Source of the DNA: Roseibium sp.
GTDB lineage: Bacteria; Pseudomonadota; Alphaproteobacteria; Rhizobiales; Stappiaceae
Assembly: GCA_965230705.1 (NCBI GenBank)
Contig: CBDDLN010000002.1
Span: 2,052,339 to 2,116,338, forward strand
Direction of reading: 5' to 3'
Length of the DNA stretch: 64,000 bases
In this document: positions 1 through 9,602 of the stretch, piece after piece
Numbering within the stretch: position 1 is the first letter of the stretch
Layout: each line of letters starts with the position of its first letter
Program-made: the position numbers and the translations under genes
The notes under the pieces: generated by a model
What the model was told of the DNA's origin: nothing
The model's database searches: none
The model's input: only the letters and a program-made list of their open reading frames with translations

Positions 1-399
1 GGCCTGGTGTTCCTGACCGGCTGGACGCAACTCGATGCAGCCCTTGCCATCCTTGTTGGCATCAATGTGCTGTGGACGGGCTGGCACATCATGAAGGAGT
101 CCATCAGCGGCCTGATGGACGAAGCAGCCTCGGTCGATACCTTGAACAAAATACGCGGCATTATCTCAGAACAGGGACAGGGCGCGCTTGAAGCCCATGA
201 CCTCAGAAGCCGGATTGCCGGGCGGACGACCTTCATCGACTTTCACCTGGTTGTGCCCGGAACGATGACGGTGGAAACCGCTCACGAAATATGCGACCGG
301 ATTGAGGAAACCATCGGAGAGGATGTCCCCGGAGCACGTGTTACCATTCATGTGGAACCGGAGCACAAGGCCAAACATTCCGGAATTGTTGTTCTTTAA
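1..399 (+). CDS. Cation diffusion facilitator (FieF-like), C-terminal part; gene starts before the window
   Basis: Last TM helix, then SGLMD and the C-terminal dimerisation domain (AHDLRSR...FIDFHLVVPG...AHEICDRIE...VTIHVEP). Confidence 0.85.
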   Translation, partial: GLVFLTGWTQLDAALAILVGINVLWTGWHIMKESISGLMDEAASVDTLNKIRGIISEQGQGALEAHDLRSRIAGRTTFIDFHLVVPGTMTVETAHEICDRIEETIGEDVPGARVTIHVEPEHKAKHSGIVVL

Positions 400-473
400 C
401 TAGACCCTGAGAGATTACTCGTGGGTACACGCGTATTCCGCACTCACGTCTCACAAAAAGAAGCCTTTCGTAT

Positions 474-1292
474 ATGCGCCGGTCCGCAATTTTCGATCAC
501 TTCATACTTGGCGCCGGGGTTCTGATGATGTGCGGGCCGCTTGTTGCCCTGTTTCTGACAACAACCCATGGACCGGAAGTGGTTGCCCGTGACGGACTTC
601 AGCTGTTGCCCGGAAGTGATTTCCTCACCAATTACAGCGACTTGCTCAACACTGGTATCGGGTTCAAGCAGGATGTCACTGCGTTGACCTTGATGTGGAA
701 TTCCTTCGTTCTTGGAACCGGATTCGCCCTTACAAAAGTAGCCTTTTCTCTGCTAGCCGCTTATGGGCTTGCCTACTTCCGGCTACCGTTTTCCGGCCTC
801 ATCTTCTGGGTGCTGTTGCTCTCCTTGATGCTGCCACTCGAATCCCGTTTTCTGCCGACCTACCTGACGGTTTCCGAACTCGGATTGGTCAATACGAAAG
901 CCGGTTTGATATTGCCGCTCGCTGCATCGGGCGTGGGAACATTCTTCTTCCGTCAGTTCCTGAGAAATATTCCAGACACGCTGGTTGAAGCAGCACGCAT
1001 TGATGGCGCGGGACCGTTCCGGTTTCTCAGGGATATTCTGATCCCGATCTCCTTGCCGATGGCAGGAGCGCTTTTTCTGGTGACATTCGTCAACGGGTGG
1101 AACCAATACCTGTGGCCGGTCATGGTGACGTCACAAGAATCCGGCTACACGCTGGTACGAGGCCTGCAGTTTTTCGGGCGAACCAGTCTGACGGGCATGT
1201 CCCTTGCGGTGTTGGCGGTTCTTCCGCCACTGATTTTGGTGGTCGTCCTGCAGAAACGTTTCGTAAAAGGCCTGTTCGACGGTGTGCATTAG
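474..1292 (+). CDS. Carbohydrate ABC transporter permease (UgpE/MalG-like)
   Basis: Six hydrophobic segments, EAA loop LVEAARIDGAG, FVNGWNQYLWP. Confidence 0.85.
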   Translation: MRRSAIFDHFILGAGVLMMCGPLVALFLTTTHGPEVVARDGLQLLPGSDFLTNYSDLLNTGIGFKQDVTALTLMWNSFVLGTGFALTKVAFSLLAAYGLAYFRLPFSGLIFWVLLLSLMLPLESRFLPTYLTVSELGLVNTKAGLILPLAASGVGTFFFRQFLRNIPDTLVEAARIDGAGPFRFLRDILIPISLPMAGALFLVTFVNGWNQYLWPVMVTSQESGYTLVRGLQFFGRTSLTGMSLAVLAVLPPLILVVVLQKRFVKGLFDGVH

Positions 1293-1321
1293 CCGGCATC
1301 AATGATCAATCACGGAGCTAA

Positions 1322-1993
1322 TTGGTGACATTTTCCGCCATTCTTTTTGACTGCGACGGCGTTCTGGTGGATTCGGAGGTCATCTACGTTGAAGTCGAAC
1401 GCGCCCATCTCAGCCGGATCGGTCTGACCTACAGCCTGAGCGACTACCAGTCCCGTTTCAACGGATTGACCAGTACGGACTTTTTTGCTGCCGTTGCAGA
1501 AGACTACAAGGCCCTAGGAAAGGGTCCCTTTCCGGATGATTTTGCCAGTGCACTGGACGAGGCGACGCTCATTCGCCTTGATCAGGATCTGGCGGCGGTA
1601 TCGGGTATTGAAGGCCTTCTAGACGCTTACAAGGGACCAAAGGCCGTTGCTTCCTCAAGCCGGCTCCAACGGCTTCACCGTAAGCTGCGCAAAACAGGCC
1701 TGCACCACCACTTTGCACCGCATATCTATTCCGGAGAACAGGTCGAAAAGGGCAAACCCGCGCCCGATCTTTTTCTGCATAGCGCCGCTAAGCTGCAAAA
1801 GGAGCCGGGCGAGTGCCTGGTGATAGAAGACAGCGTCAACGGCGTTTTGGCAGGACTGGCCGCGGGCATGACCGTCTGGGGTTTTGCAGGCGGCGGCCAT
1901 GCGGATGAAACGCTCAAGAGCCGCCTGCTGGACGCAGGTGCCGCCGAAGCGTTCTCCAGCCACGGTGAAATGGCCCAGCGGCTGAACCAATAA
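1322..1993 (+). CDS. HAD-superfamily phosphatase (beta-PGM/CbbY-like)
   Basis: Motifs DCDGVLVDSE, VASSS, GKPAPDLFL, IEDSVNG. Confidence 0.9.
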   Translation: MVTFSAILFDCDGVLVDSEVIYVEVERAHLSRIGLTYSLSDYQSRFNGLTSTDFFAAVAEDYKALGKGPFPDDFASALDEATLIRLDQDLAAVSGIEGLLDAYKGPKAVASSSRLQRLHRKLRKTGLHHHFAPHIYSGEQVEKGKPAPDLFLHSAAKLQKEPGECLVIEDSVNGVLAGLAAGMTVWGFAGGGHADETLKSRLLDAGAAEAFSSHGEMAQRLNQ

Positions 1994-2024
1994 AAAACGC
2001 CCGGACACAAGTCCGGGCGCTTGT
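1992..2024. terminator. Intrinsic terminator between convergent HAD and amt genes
   Basis: AAAAAA-CGCCCGGAC-ACAA-GTCCGGGCG; the A-tract gives a U-tail on the minus strand. Confidence 0.8.
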
Positions 2025-2045
2025 TGGTCAAATCTGATTTCCGGA

Positions 2046-3269
2046 TTAGCGGATAAGATCGCCTTCCGGGTTCGCACTGATCTTATGAATGGCAAGGTCG
2101 GCACCGCGATGCTCGTCTTCAGCAGACATCCGCAATCCCATAGTGCTCTTGAGAATACCGTAGACGATAAAACCGATTAGCGTTGCATAACCTGCACCAA
2201 CGACCGTGCCGATGATTTGAGACATCAGCGACACACCACCAAGACCGCCGAGGCTCTGCAGACCGAAGATGCCCGCGGCAATACCGCCCCACGCGCCACA
2301 AATACCGTGCAGCGGCCATACACCAAGAACGTCATCGATTTTCAGCTTGTTCTGGCAGATCTCAAAGCCCTTCACGAAGATCACGCCAGCAATACCGCCG
2401 ACGATCAGGCTGCCGACCGGGTGCATGATGTCGGATCCTGCACAGACGGCGACAAGGCCAGCCAGTGCGCCGTTGTGAACGAAGCCCGGGTCGTTCCGGC
2501 CTGCGACCAGCGCCGCAAGGATGCCGCCGACCATGGCCATCAGTGAGTTGACAGCAACGAGACCGGAGGCAGCTTCAAGGGAACCTGCGGTCATGACGTT
2601 GAAGCCGAACCAGCCCACACACAGCATCCAGGAGCCCAGCGCCAGCCAAGGCAGGGACGATGGCGGAATGCCGATCGGCCGGCCATTGCGGTCATAGCGG
2701 CCGTTACGGGCGCCAAGCAGCAGGACAGCAGCGAGTGCGATCCAGCCGCCGACCGCATGAACAACGACAGAGCCGGCAAAGTCATGGAAACTTGCGCCGA
2801 AGGTTGCTTCGAGCCAACCCTGGAAACCATAGTTGCCGTTCCAGACGATGCCCTCAAAGAACGGATAGGCGATTCCAACCAGGGCCGCAGTTGCAAGACA
2901 CTGCGGCAGGAACTTCATGCGTTCGGCGATACCGCCGGAAATGATCGCCGGGATCGCAGCAGCGAAGGTTGTCAGGAAGAAGAACTTCACCAGGGTCAGG
3001 CCTTGAAGTTCAAAGCCTGTATCACCGCCACCTGATAGGGTCGTGGCATCGACCAGGAAGCTGGTGCCATAGGCGAAGGTGTAACCGACGAAGAAATAGG
3101 CAACGGTCGAAATCGCGAAATCGACCAGAATTTTTACCAGGGCGTTGACCTGGTTTTTATGCCGGACAGTACCGACTTCGAGAAAGGCAAACCCGCCGTG
3201 CATAGCGAAAACGAGAATTGCACCTAGAAGGACGAAAAAGACATCTCCGCCCACATTCGTGTCGGTCAT
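2046..3269 (-). CDS. amt: Ammonium transporter (Amt family), second paralogue without signal peptide
   Basis: GFAFLEVG, IISGGIAER, FHDFAGSVVVH, GWFGFN, IDDVLGVWPLHG; start moved to ATG 3269 with AGGAG upstream. Confidence 0.93.
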   Translation of the reverse strand: MTDTNVGGDVFFVLLGAILVFAMHGGFAFLEVGTVRHKNQVNALVKILVDFAISTVAYFFVGYTFAYGTSFLVDATTLSGGGDTGFELQGLTLVKFFFLTTFAAAIPAIISGGIAERMKFLPQCLATAALVGIAYPFFEGIVWNGNYGFQGWLEATFGASFHDFAGSVVVHAVGGWIALAAVLLLGARNGRYDRNGRPIGIPPSSLPWLALGSWMLCVGWFGFNVMTAGSLEAASGLVAVNSLMAMVGGILAALVAGRNDPGFVHNGALAGLVAVCAGSDIMHPVGSLIVGGIAGVIFVKGFEICQNKLKIDDVLGVWPLHGICGAWGGIAAGIFGLQSLGGLGGVSLMSQIIGTVVGAGYATLIGFIVYGILKSTMGLRMSAEDEHRGADLAIHKISANPEGDLIR

Positions 3270-3328
3270 TGCTGGCTCCTGACGTTCCAATCTGCCCATT
3301 GTCTGGGCGTTGTTATGAGCCACATGCA

Positions 3329-3345
3329 TACAAACTGCATGCCAA
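3329..3345 (-). promoter_or_regulatory. Sigma54 promoter of amt
   Basis: Minus strand TTGGCATGCAGTTTGTA = TGGCAT-N5-TTGT (consensus TGGCAC-N5-TTGC). Confidence 0.7.
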
Positions 3346-3432
3346 CTGGGCAGATGCCAAGAAAAACGCCAGATTTTCGCCTTTTCTAAAGGCAAGCCAA
3401 CATCTGCTCGAACTGGTAAAGCCGCACATTTG

Positions 3433-3468
3433 AGCATACCTGATAGGCATTTGCCTATTTTTTAATCA
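3433..3468. promoter_or_regulatory. Tandem NtrC-type boxes upstream of amt
   Basis: AGCATACCTGATAGGCA (3433-3449) and TGCCTATTTTTTAATCA (3452-3468): 17-bp TGC-N11-GCA-like sites about 100 bp upstream of the sigma54 site. Confidence 0.65.
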
Positions 3469-3537
3469 ATTCATGGGCGGCGATTTGCAGCCATAACCAG
3501 TTTGTCCACTCGATCGAAGATACGGACAGACTTCAAC

Positions 3538-4935
3538 CTAGGCTGCTCCTTGCATTTCCATCATTGCCTCGCGCAGAAAGGCATAGATCACGCCATCGCC
3601 CATTTGACTGACGTTGAAACGCATAAAACTGTCCATTGTCTGGGAAACGCTGAACACATTGCCCGGCGCCAGTACAAACCTGTTGGCGAGAGCTTTACGG
3701 GCAAGGTCTGAGGCGCCAATCCCATCAGGCAATTGACACCAAAGGTAAAAGCCCCCACGCGGCATTAGCCACGGTTCAATCCCCAGCCTGGACAGACTGT
3801 CAGCAACAGCTCTGCGGCTGTGGCCCAGCCGGTCACGCAAGGCCTCCATGTGCTTTCGAAATCCGCCCCCGCTCAGCGCCGTGTAAACCAGCTCAGCAGC
3901 TACAGGACTTGGACCTCCAAAGTTAACTGCGACCTGCAGGTCGGTGAGGGCCTCAATCCAGTCCTTGCGGGCGGCGATGTAACCACACCGGATGGAAGCG
4001 GACAGGACTTTTGAAAAACTGCCGATGCGGACCACCCGGTCCAATCCGTCAAGGGCTGCCAGACGCGGAGATGGCTCAGCTACGAAGGGGGCAAATATGT
4101 CATCTTCGACGATGATCAAATCGTGAGCAGAGGCGATCTTCAAAACCTTATGGGCCTTTTGCGGAGAAAGCCGTACACCTGTCGGATTATGCAAGGCCGA
4201 GTTCGTCAGATAGAGCCGCGGTTTTTCCTTAGATAGGATTTGGTCCAACTGATCGGCATCCGGACCAGTGGGGGTCATCGGAACACCTACGGCCCGGGCC
4301 TGATGCGCCCGTATCAACGCCTGAAAATTGAAGTAACACGGATCATCAACCAGAACCGCATCCCCGGGCCGCAACAAAAACCGGCAGATCAGGTCAATTG
4401 CCTGGGTGCCGCTTGACGTGAGCAGGATCTGTTCCGGATCGACATCCATGCCTTCACCTGCGTACTGGCGCGCCAGCATCCGGCGAAGGTTGGATGATCC
4501 CTGCGTGCTGCCATAATCGGACAACAAAGCACTGTCCGCCCGCCCAAGACGGGAGAGCCCACGCCGAATAGCCCCGGCTGGCATCCAGTCCGCCGGCAGC
4601 CAACCACAGCCCGGCTTGGAAAAATCATCGCCAGCATCCAGTGATTGCCGGGACACCCAAAACGGATCAACCGCCCGGTCCAGACGCGGTTCGACCTTTG
4701 ACACTGCAAAAGGTTGGGCCATGTCGGCAACGAAAAAGCCTGCGCCACGGCGGGCAAAGATGATGCCTTCAGCCGCCAACCGGTCATAGGCTTCCACGAC
4801 AGTTGAAGGGGAGACCTTCATGGCCGCCGCGAATCCGCGGATGGACGGCAACTTCTCGCCAACGTCCAGCGCCCTGCTGGCGATTTGTCCGCGGATTGCC
4901 TCCACGACCTGGGTGGTGCGCGATCCGTTTCGCAT
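3538..4935 (-). CDS. MocR/GabR-family regulator (GntR wHTH plus PLP aminotransferase domain)
   Basis: LPSIRGFAAAMKVSPSTVVEAYDRL, EDDIF, GSFSKVL (PLP Lys); ATG 4935 with GGAGG upstream. Confidence 0.92.
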   Translation of the reverse strand: MRNGSRTTQVVEAIRGQIASRALDVGEKLPSIRGFAAAMKVSPSTVVEAYDRLAAEGIIFARRGAGFFVADMAQPFAVSKVEPRLDRAVDPFWVSRQSLDAGDDFSKPGCGWLPADWMPAGAIRRGLSRLGRADSALLSDYGSTQGSSNLRRMLARQYAGEGMDVDPEQILLTSSGTQAIDLICRFLLRPGDAVLVDDPCYFNFQALIRAHQARAVGVPMTPTGPDADQLDQILSKEKPRLYLTNSALHNPTGVRLSPQKAHKVLKIASAHDLIIVEDDIFAPFVAEPSPRLAALDGLDRVVRIGSFSKVLSASIRCGYIAARKDWIEALTDLQVAVNFGGPSPVAAELVYTALSGGGFRKHMEALRDRLGHSRRAVADSLSRLGIEPWLMPRGGFYLWCQLPDGIGASDLARKALANRFVLAPGNVFSVSQTMDSFMRFNVSQMGDGVIYAFLREAMMEMQGAA

Positions 4936-4945
4936 GAGGACCTCC

Positions 4946-4991
4946 AATTGTACTGACGCTTATTGCAATACAGTTTGGCTAAATTGTATTG
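4946..4991. promoter_or_regulatory. Probable MocR operator (two direct copies, one inverted)
   Basis: AATTGTACTG (4946), CAATACAGTT (4966, inverted), AATTGTATTG (4982) in the divergent gap. Confidence 0.6.
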
Positions 4992-5060
4992 CTTTGTAGC
5001 TGTTACAGCTACCCATGCCTCCATAAAAAAGGACCAAAGATCGCTTGCACAGGAGGTACC

Positions 5061-5921
5061 ATGCAGGGAACAGCGGCAGGATGGGGCAGCGGCTTGCTCG
5101 GCGTGATGATTTTCAGCGGTTCTTTGCCAGCAACCCGAGTAGCAGTCAGTGGATTTGATCCAGTCTTTTTGACATCCGCCCGCGCAGTTGGAGCAGCATT
5201 GCTCGGTGCGGCTTTGCTGCTGCTGCTCAAGCAACCCCTGCCGAACCGGCAGGACTTGAAGCCGCTCATCATCGTTGCGGCTGGCGTAGTCGTCGGTTTC
5301 CCGCTTTTGACCGCACTGGCTCTGCAGCACATCACGTCGGCTCATTCGGTGGTTTTCATCGGCCTTTTGCCTTTTGCGACAGCCCTCTTCGGCACTTTGC
5401 GTGGCGGTGAACGGCCCAAACCGCTGTTTTGGTTGTTCTCCTGCACCGGCAGCCTGACAGTTGTTGCCTATTCCCTTTCACAAAGCTCGGAAATGTCCCT
5501 GACCGGCGCTCTATTGATGATTGCCGCTATTGTCTTTTGCGGCCTCGGATACGCCGAGGGTGCAGCGTTGTCACGGCGCCTGGGCGGCTGGCAAGTGATT
5601 TCCTGGGCCCTTGTTTTGTCCCTGCCTTTCATGGTTTTAGCTTCGCTGGCGGAATGGCCGCAGACCTGGTCCGGCATAACATTGCCAGCCTGGTTCAGTC
5701 TGGGCTACGTGTCCTTCTTTTCCATGATGCTGGGATTTGTTTTCTGGTATCGCGGACTGGCAATTGGAGGCATCGCAGGCGTCGGTCAATTGCAGCTTCT
5801 CCAGCCATTTTTCGGACTAATGCTTGCTGGCCTGCTGCTCAGAGAACCCGTCGCGCCCGCCATGATCGGCGTGACCGCTATTATCGTCCTGCTGGTTGCA
5901 GGTGCAAAACGCTACGCCTGA
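5061..5921 (+). CDS. DMT/EamA family transporter
   Basis: About 10 TM segments in two EamA repeats, GQLQLLQPFFG; ATG 5061 after AGGAGG. Confidence 0.9.
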   Translation: MQGTAAGWGSGLLGVMIFSGSLPATRVAVSGFDPVFLTSARAVGAALLGAALLLLLKQPLPNRQDLKPLIIVAAGVVVGFPLLTALALQHITSAHSVVFIGLLPFATALFGTLRGGERPKPLFWLFSCTGSLTVVAYSLSQSSEMSLTGALLMIAAIVFCGLGYAEGAALSRRLGGWQVISWALVLSLPFMVLASLAEWPQTWSGITLPAWFSLGYVSFFSMMLGFVFWYRGLAIGGIAGVGQLQLLQPFFGLMLAGLLLREPVAPAMIGVTAIIVLLVAGAKRYA

Positions 5922-6039
5922 CAAAAGAACCACTACCCATCTGTTCGTTTGATGCGCTGAAAATGGGCAACTGGTTTTCTATGAAAATGACGGTCCGCGG
6001 TGAAATCCGGTTTCAGAGAATAATATCTACCGAAGGCAT

Positions 6040-6068
6040 AAAAAAAGCCCGGGACGAATCCCGGGCTT
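6040..6068 (-). terminator. Intrinsic terminator of glnK-amtB
   Basis: Minus strand AAGCCCGGGA-TTCG-TCCCGGGCTTTTTTT. Confidence 0.85.
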
Positions 6069-6113
6069 GAAGTTTGCGATCCGAGCCAGTTGGACCGCAT
6101 TGGGAGATTTTGC

Positions 6114-7442
6114 TTAGACCCGCTGGGAGCCTGAACCAAATTCCGGGTAGGCTTCGACACCAACCTCGACTTTGTCGAGACCAAGTGCTTCTTCCTCGTC
6201 GGAAACCCGGATGCCCATGGCAGCTTTCAGGATGAACCAGAAGACACCGGAGGCAACGAAGGTGAAGACACCGTAGGCAACGATACCGGTGATCTGGGTA
6301 GCGTAGGACGCATCACCGTTGGTAAGCGGCACAATCAGCGTACCCCAGATACCAGCGACCAAGTGAACCGGGATCGCACCAACAACATCGTCGATCTTCA
6401 GCTTGTCGAGCAGCGGCACGACGAAGACAACGATTGCACCACCAACACCACCGATGAATACGGAAGCCCAGACGCTCGGAGCCAGCGGCTCTGCCGTGAT
6501 GGATACCAGGCCAGCCAGTGCGCCGTTGAGCGCCATGGTTACGTCGACCTTCTTGTACATGATTTGGGTCAGGATGACGGCGACGACAACACCGGCAGCA
6601 GCAGCCATGTTGGTGTTGGCGAAGATACGGGAGATATCGGAAACATCGCCGATGGTGCCCATTGCAAGCTGGGATGCGCCGTTAAAGCCGAACCAACCGA
6701 GCCACAAGATGAAGGTACCAAGCGTTGCAAGCGGCATGGAAGAACCCGGAAGCGGGTGAACCTGGCCGTTTGCGCCGTATTTGCCCTTACGTGCTCCAAG
6801 GATCAGTGCACCTGCAAGAGCTGCCCAGCCGCCAACGGAGTGAACCAGCGTGGAACCAGCGAAGTCGGAGAAGCCCATTTCGGACAACCAGCCTGCACCC
6901 CACTGCCAGGAACCGGCGATCGGGTAGATGAAACCGGTCAGAACAACGGTGAAGATCAGGAACGGCCACAGCTTGATACGTTCAGCCAGTGTGCCGGAAA
7001 CGATCGATGCTGTGGTTGCACAGAACACCATCTGGAAGAACCAGTCGGAAGCGGTCGAGTAACCGGTATCGAGGGCATTGCCGCCAACCGGATCGAAGCT
7101 GTACGGCCCAAGCGAACCGATGAAACCACCGTCAACGCCGGTGTACATGAGGTTGTAACCGGTGATCCAGAACATCAGACCAGCGATAGAGTAAAGCGAG
7201 ATGTTCTTCAGGCACTGCATGGAAACGTTCTTGGTGCGAACGAGACCAGCTTCGAGCATGGCGAAACCTGCAGCCATCCACATGACCAGGAAGCCACCGA
7301 TCAGGAAGAGCAGCGTATTGAAGATATAAGCGACTTCCGGCGATACGGCCGGAGCGGCAGCGGTGTCTTGCGCCAGGGCCGGGACGGCCATCAGACCTGT
7401 CAGGGCCAGCGAAGCCGCGCCTTTTGCGACAAGCTTGTTCAT
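6114..7442 (-). CDS. amtB: Ammonium transporter AmtB
   Basis: Signal peptide ending ALA-QD, GFAMLEAG, FFQMVF, DFAGSTLVH, GWFGFNGAS, IDDVVGAIPVH; follows glnK. Confidence 0.96.
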   Translation of the reverse strand: MNKLVAKGAASLALTGLMAVPALAQDTAAAPAVSPEVAYIFNTLLFLIGGFLVMWMAAGFAMLEAGLVRTKNVSMQCLKNISLYSIAGLMFWITGYNLMYTGVDGGFIGSLGPYSFDPVGGNALDTGYSTASDWFFQMVFCATTASIVSGTLAERIKLWPFLIFTVVLTGFIYPIAGSWQWGAGWLSEMGFSDFAGSTLVHSVGGWAALAGALILGARKGKYGANGQVHPLPGSSMPLATLGTFILWLGWFGFNGASQLAMGTIGDVSDISRIFANTNMAAAAGVVVAVILTQIMYKKVDVTMALNGALAGLVSITAEPLAPSVWASVFIGGVGGAIVVFVVPLLDKLKIDDVVGAIPVHLVAGIWGTLIVPLTNGDASYATQITGIVAYGVFTFVASGVFWFILKAAMGIRVSDEEEALGLDKVEVGVEAYPEFGSGSQRV

Positions 7443-7462
7443 GGTTCTTTTCCTCACAACAA

Positions 7463-7912
<450 letters not shown>

Positions 7913-7958
7913 TCAGAGCCTGCAACGCATGAAGTCGGGTCGGCTTCGGCCCTTACTA

Positions 7959-7975
7959 ATCAAGGACCGTGCCAA
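7959..7975 (-). promoter_or_regulatory. Sigma54 promoter of glnK-amtB
   Basis: Minus strand TTGGCACGGTCCTTGAT = TGGCAC-N5-TTGA. Confidence 0.75.
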
Positions 7976-8082
7976 CTCAGGAACGAAGATTGAAAAAGCG
8001 CAGAATTCCGCCATTTATCGGCGGCATAGCTAAAAATCAGCCATTTTTTGTGCACCGCAGCGCCATAGGCACGGCCGCCGGA

Positions 8083-8168
8083 AGCTCATTTTTTAGGCAA
8101 ACTTCAATTATTGATTATTTTTTGTGCACATTTCAGTGACAATGCGGACTGTGATCAAAATACAGGCA
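8083..8168. promoter_or_regulatory. Three NtrC-type boxes upstream of glnK
   Basis: AGCTCATTTTTTAGGCA (8083), TGATTATTTTTTGTGCA (8112), TGATCAAAATACAGGCA (8152). Confidence 0.7.
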
Positions 8169-8270
8169 GAGCCGCTTTTGAAGACTCTGCCTCACATGCA
8201 CCCTGATCCACTCAGGAACCAATGGGTCCTGCGGCAGGAAATCACTAAGTTACGCGTAAAGTCTCAATAG

Positions 8271-8822
8271 TCAGGCAGAAAAGCCGCCGTCATCGAGAAA
8301 TGCTTGCTCCTCAGGGGTCGATTGCCGGCCAAGAACTTTGTTGCGATGCGGAAAACGCCCAAAGCGGCGGATTACATCCATATGGATCAAAGCGTAGAGG
8401 TAGTAGTCCTGATTGCCGAGATTGCGGCACAGGTCAACCGACCGCTCTTGGGCTGCCATATCTTCAGCATGCTCAAACGGCAGATAAAAGAAGACACGGG
8501 CAACAGCCGGAAATGCAGTATCGTACCCGCGCTCGACGGACGCTTGCGCAGTTGCCAGCGCCTTGCCGTCTGCCTCAAAGGCCCTCTTATCGTTGCGGAA
8601 AACATTGCGGGTAAACTGGTCAAGCAAAAGGATCAGGGCCAGCGCACTGTGCGGCTGGTCAGCCCATTCATCCAGCTCGCCACGTTGTGCTGCTTCAATT
8701 GCCGGGAGAAACCGGGTTTTGATGTCCTTGTCGAAGCCGTCATTTTTGGCAAACCATTTTGAGGGGCCTGCCTGCCACCAAAAATCAAGAACTTCGATGG
8801 GAGAGGCAATTGTAGAGCTCAT
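8271..8822 (-). CDS. DUF924 family protein
   Basis: VLDFWW...KWF, ILLLDQFTRNVFR, FFYLPFEHAE, FGRFPHRN. Confidence 0.9.
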   Translation of the reverse strand: MSSTIASPIEVLDFWWQAGPSKWFAKNDGFDKDIKTRFLPAIEAAQRGELDEWADQPHSALALILLLDQFTRNVFRNDKRAFEADGKALATAQASVERGYDTAFPAVARVFFYLPFEHAEDMAAQERSVDLCRNLGNQDYYLYALIHMDVIRRFGRFPHRNKVLGRQSTPEEQAFLDDGGFSA

Positions 8823-8912
8823 GTGAAATCCTTCAAACAAGGTGCAAGACAGAACCGGCCGAAACACACTATATAGCACTGAAGTAGTGAGAAGCTGATA
8901 GGAAGCAAGGCC

Positions 8913-9140
8913 GTGAGCGAAGAGGTAATTCTGGATTTGAAAGGGCTGAAATGCCCGCTACCAGTCCTGAAAACACGCAAAGCCATGACCAGCCTCAGCA
9001 CCGGTGACAGGGTTACCATTCTGACCACCGACCCCATGGCAGCGATCGACATTCCTCACTACTGCCAGGAAAGCGGCCATCGCCTCGTCAGTGCAGAAAC
9101 GCAGGATGGTATGGGCAAGTTCATCCTGGAAAAGGGTTGA
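8913..9140 (+). CDS. Sulfurtransferase TusA/SirA family
   Basis: LDLKGLKCPLPVLK (CPxP), TDPMAAIDIP. Confidence 0.9.
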   Translation: MSEEVILDLKGLKCPLPVLKTRKAMTSLSTGDRVTILTTDPMAAIDIPHYCQESGHRLVSAETQDGMGKFILEKG

Positions 9141-9161
9141 AAAACATAGCCCGCCAAAACC

Positions 9162-9458
9162 TCAGTAGCTTGCGGCAATGTCATCCATCAGCTTGGCAAG
9201 CTTGAAATCAAGCTCTGTCAGTCCACCTGCATCATGCGTTGCCAACACCACATCCACGGCCCGGTAAACGTTCGACCACTCCGGATGATGATTCATTTTT
9301 TCCGCGGCAAGGGCCACACGCGTCATGAAACCAAAGGCCTCGCTGAAATCGGCAAACTGGAATGTACGGGTAATTGCTTCCCGGCCTTCGACAAGATGCC
9401 AGAACGGCGCGTGCTCCAGCTCAACCTGAATTGCACCTTCCGATAAACGCTCTGCCAC
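9162..9458 (-). CDS. phhB: Pterin-4-alpha-carbinolamine dehydratase
   Basis: [25 protein letters not shown]; GTG 9458 after GGGGGAAG. Confidence 0.92.
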   Translation of the reverse strand: MAERLSEGAIQVELEHAPFWHLVEGREAITRTFQFADFSEAFGFMTRVALAAEKMNHHPEWSNVYRAVDVVLATHDAGGLTELDFKLAKLMDDIAASY

Positions 9459-9602
9459 AGTTTGCTTCCCCCACATAATTCGAAGTCACGCCCTTGAAAT
9501 TGAGGCCGTGACATAGTGCTCCCTTGTAAAGATAGGGCTCTACAACCGGCTTGAAAGGGTCTTGGGATTCGGCCCCTGGCATGGGCAGACAAGAAGGCGA
9601 TT

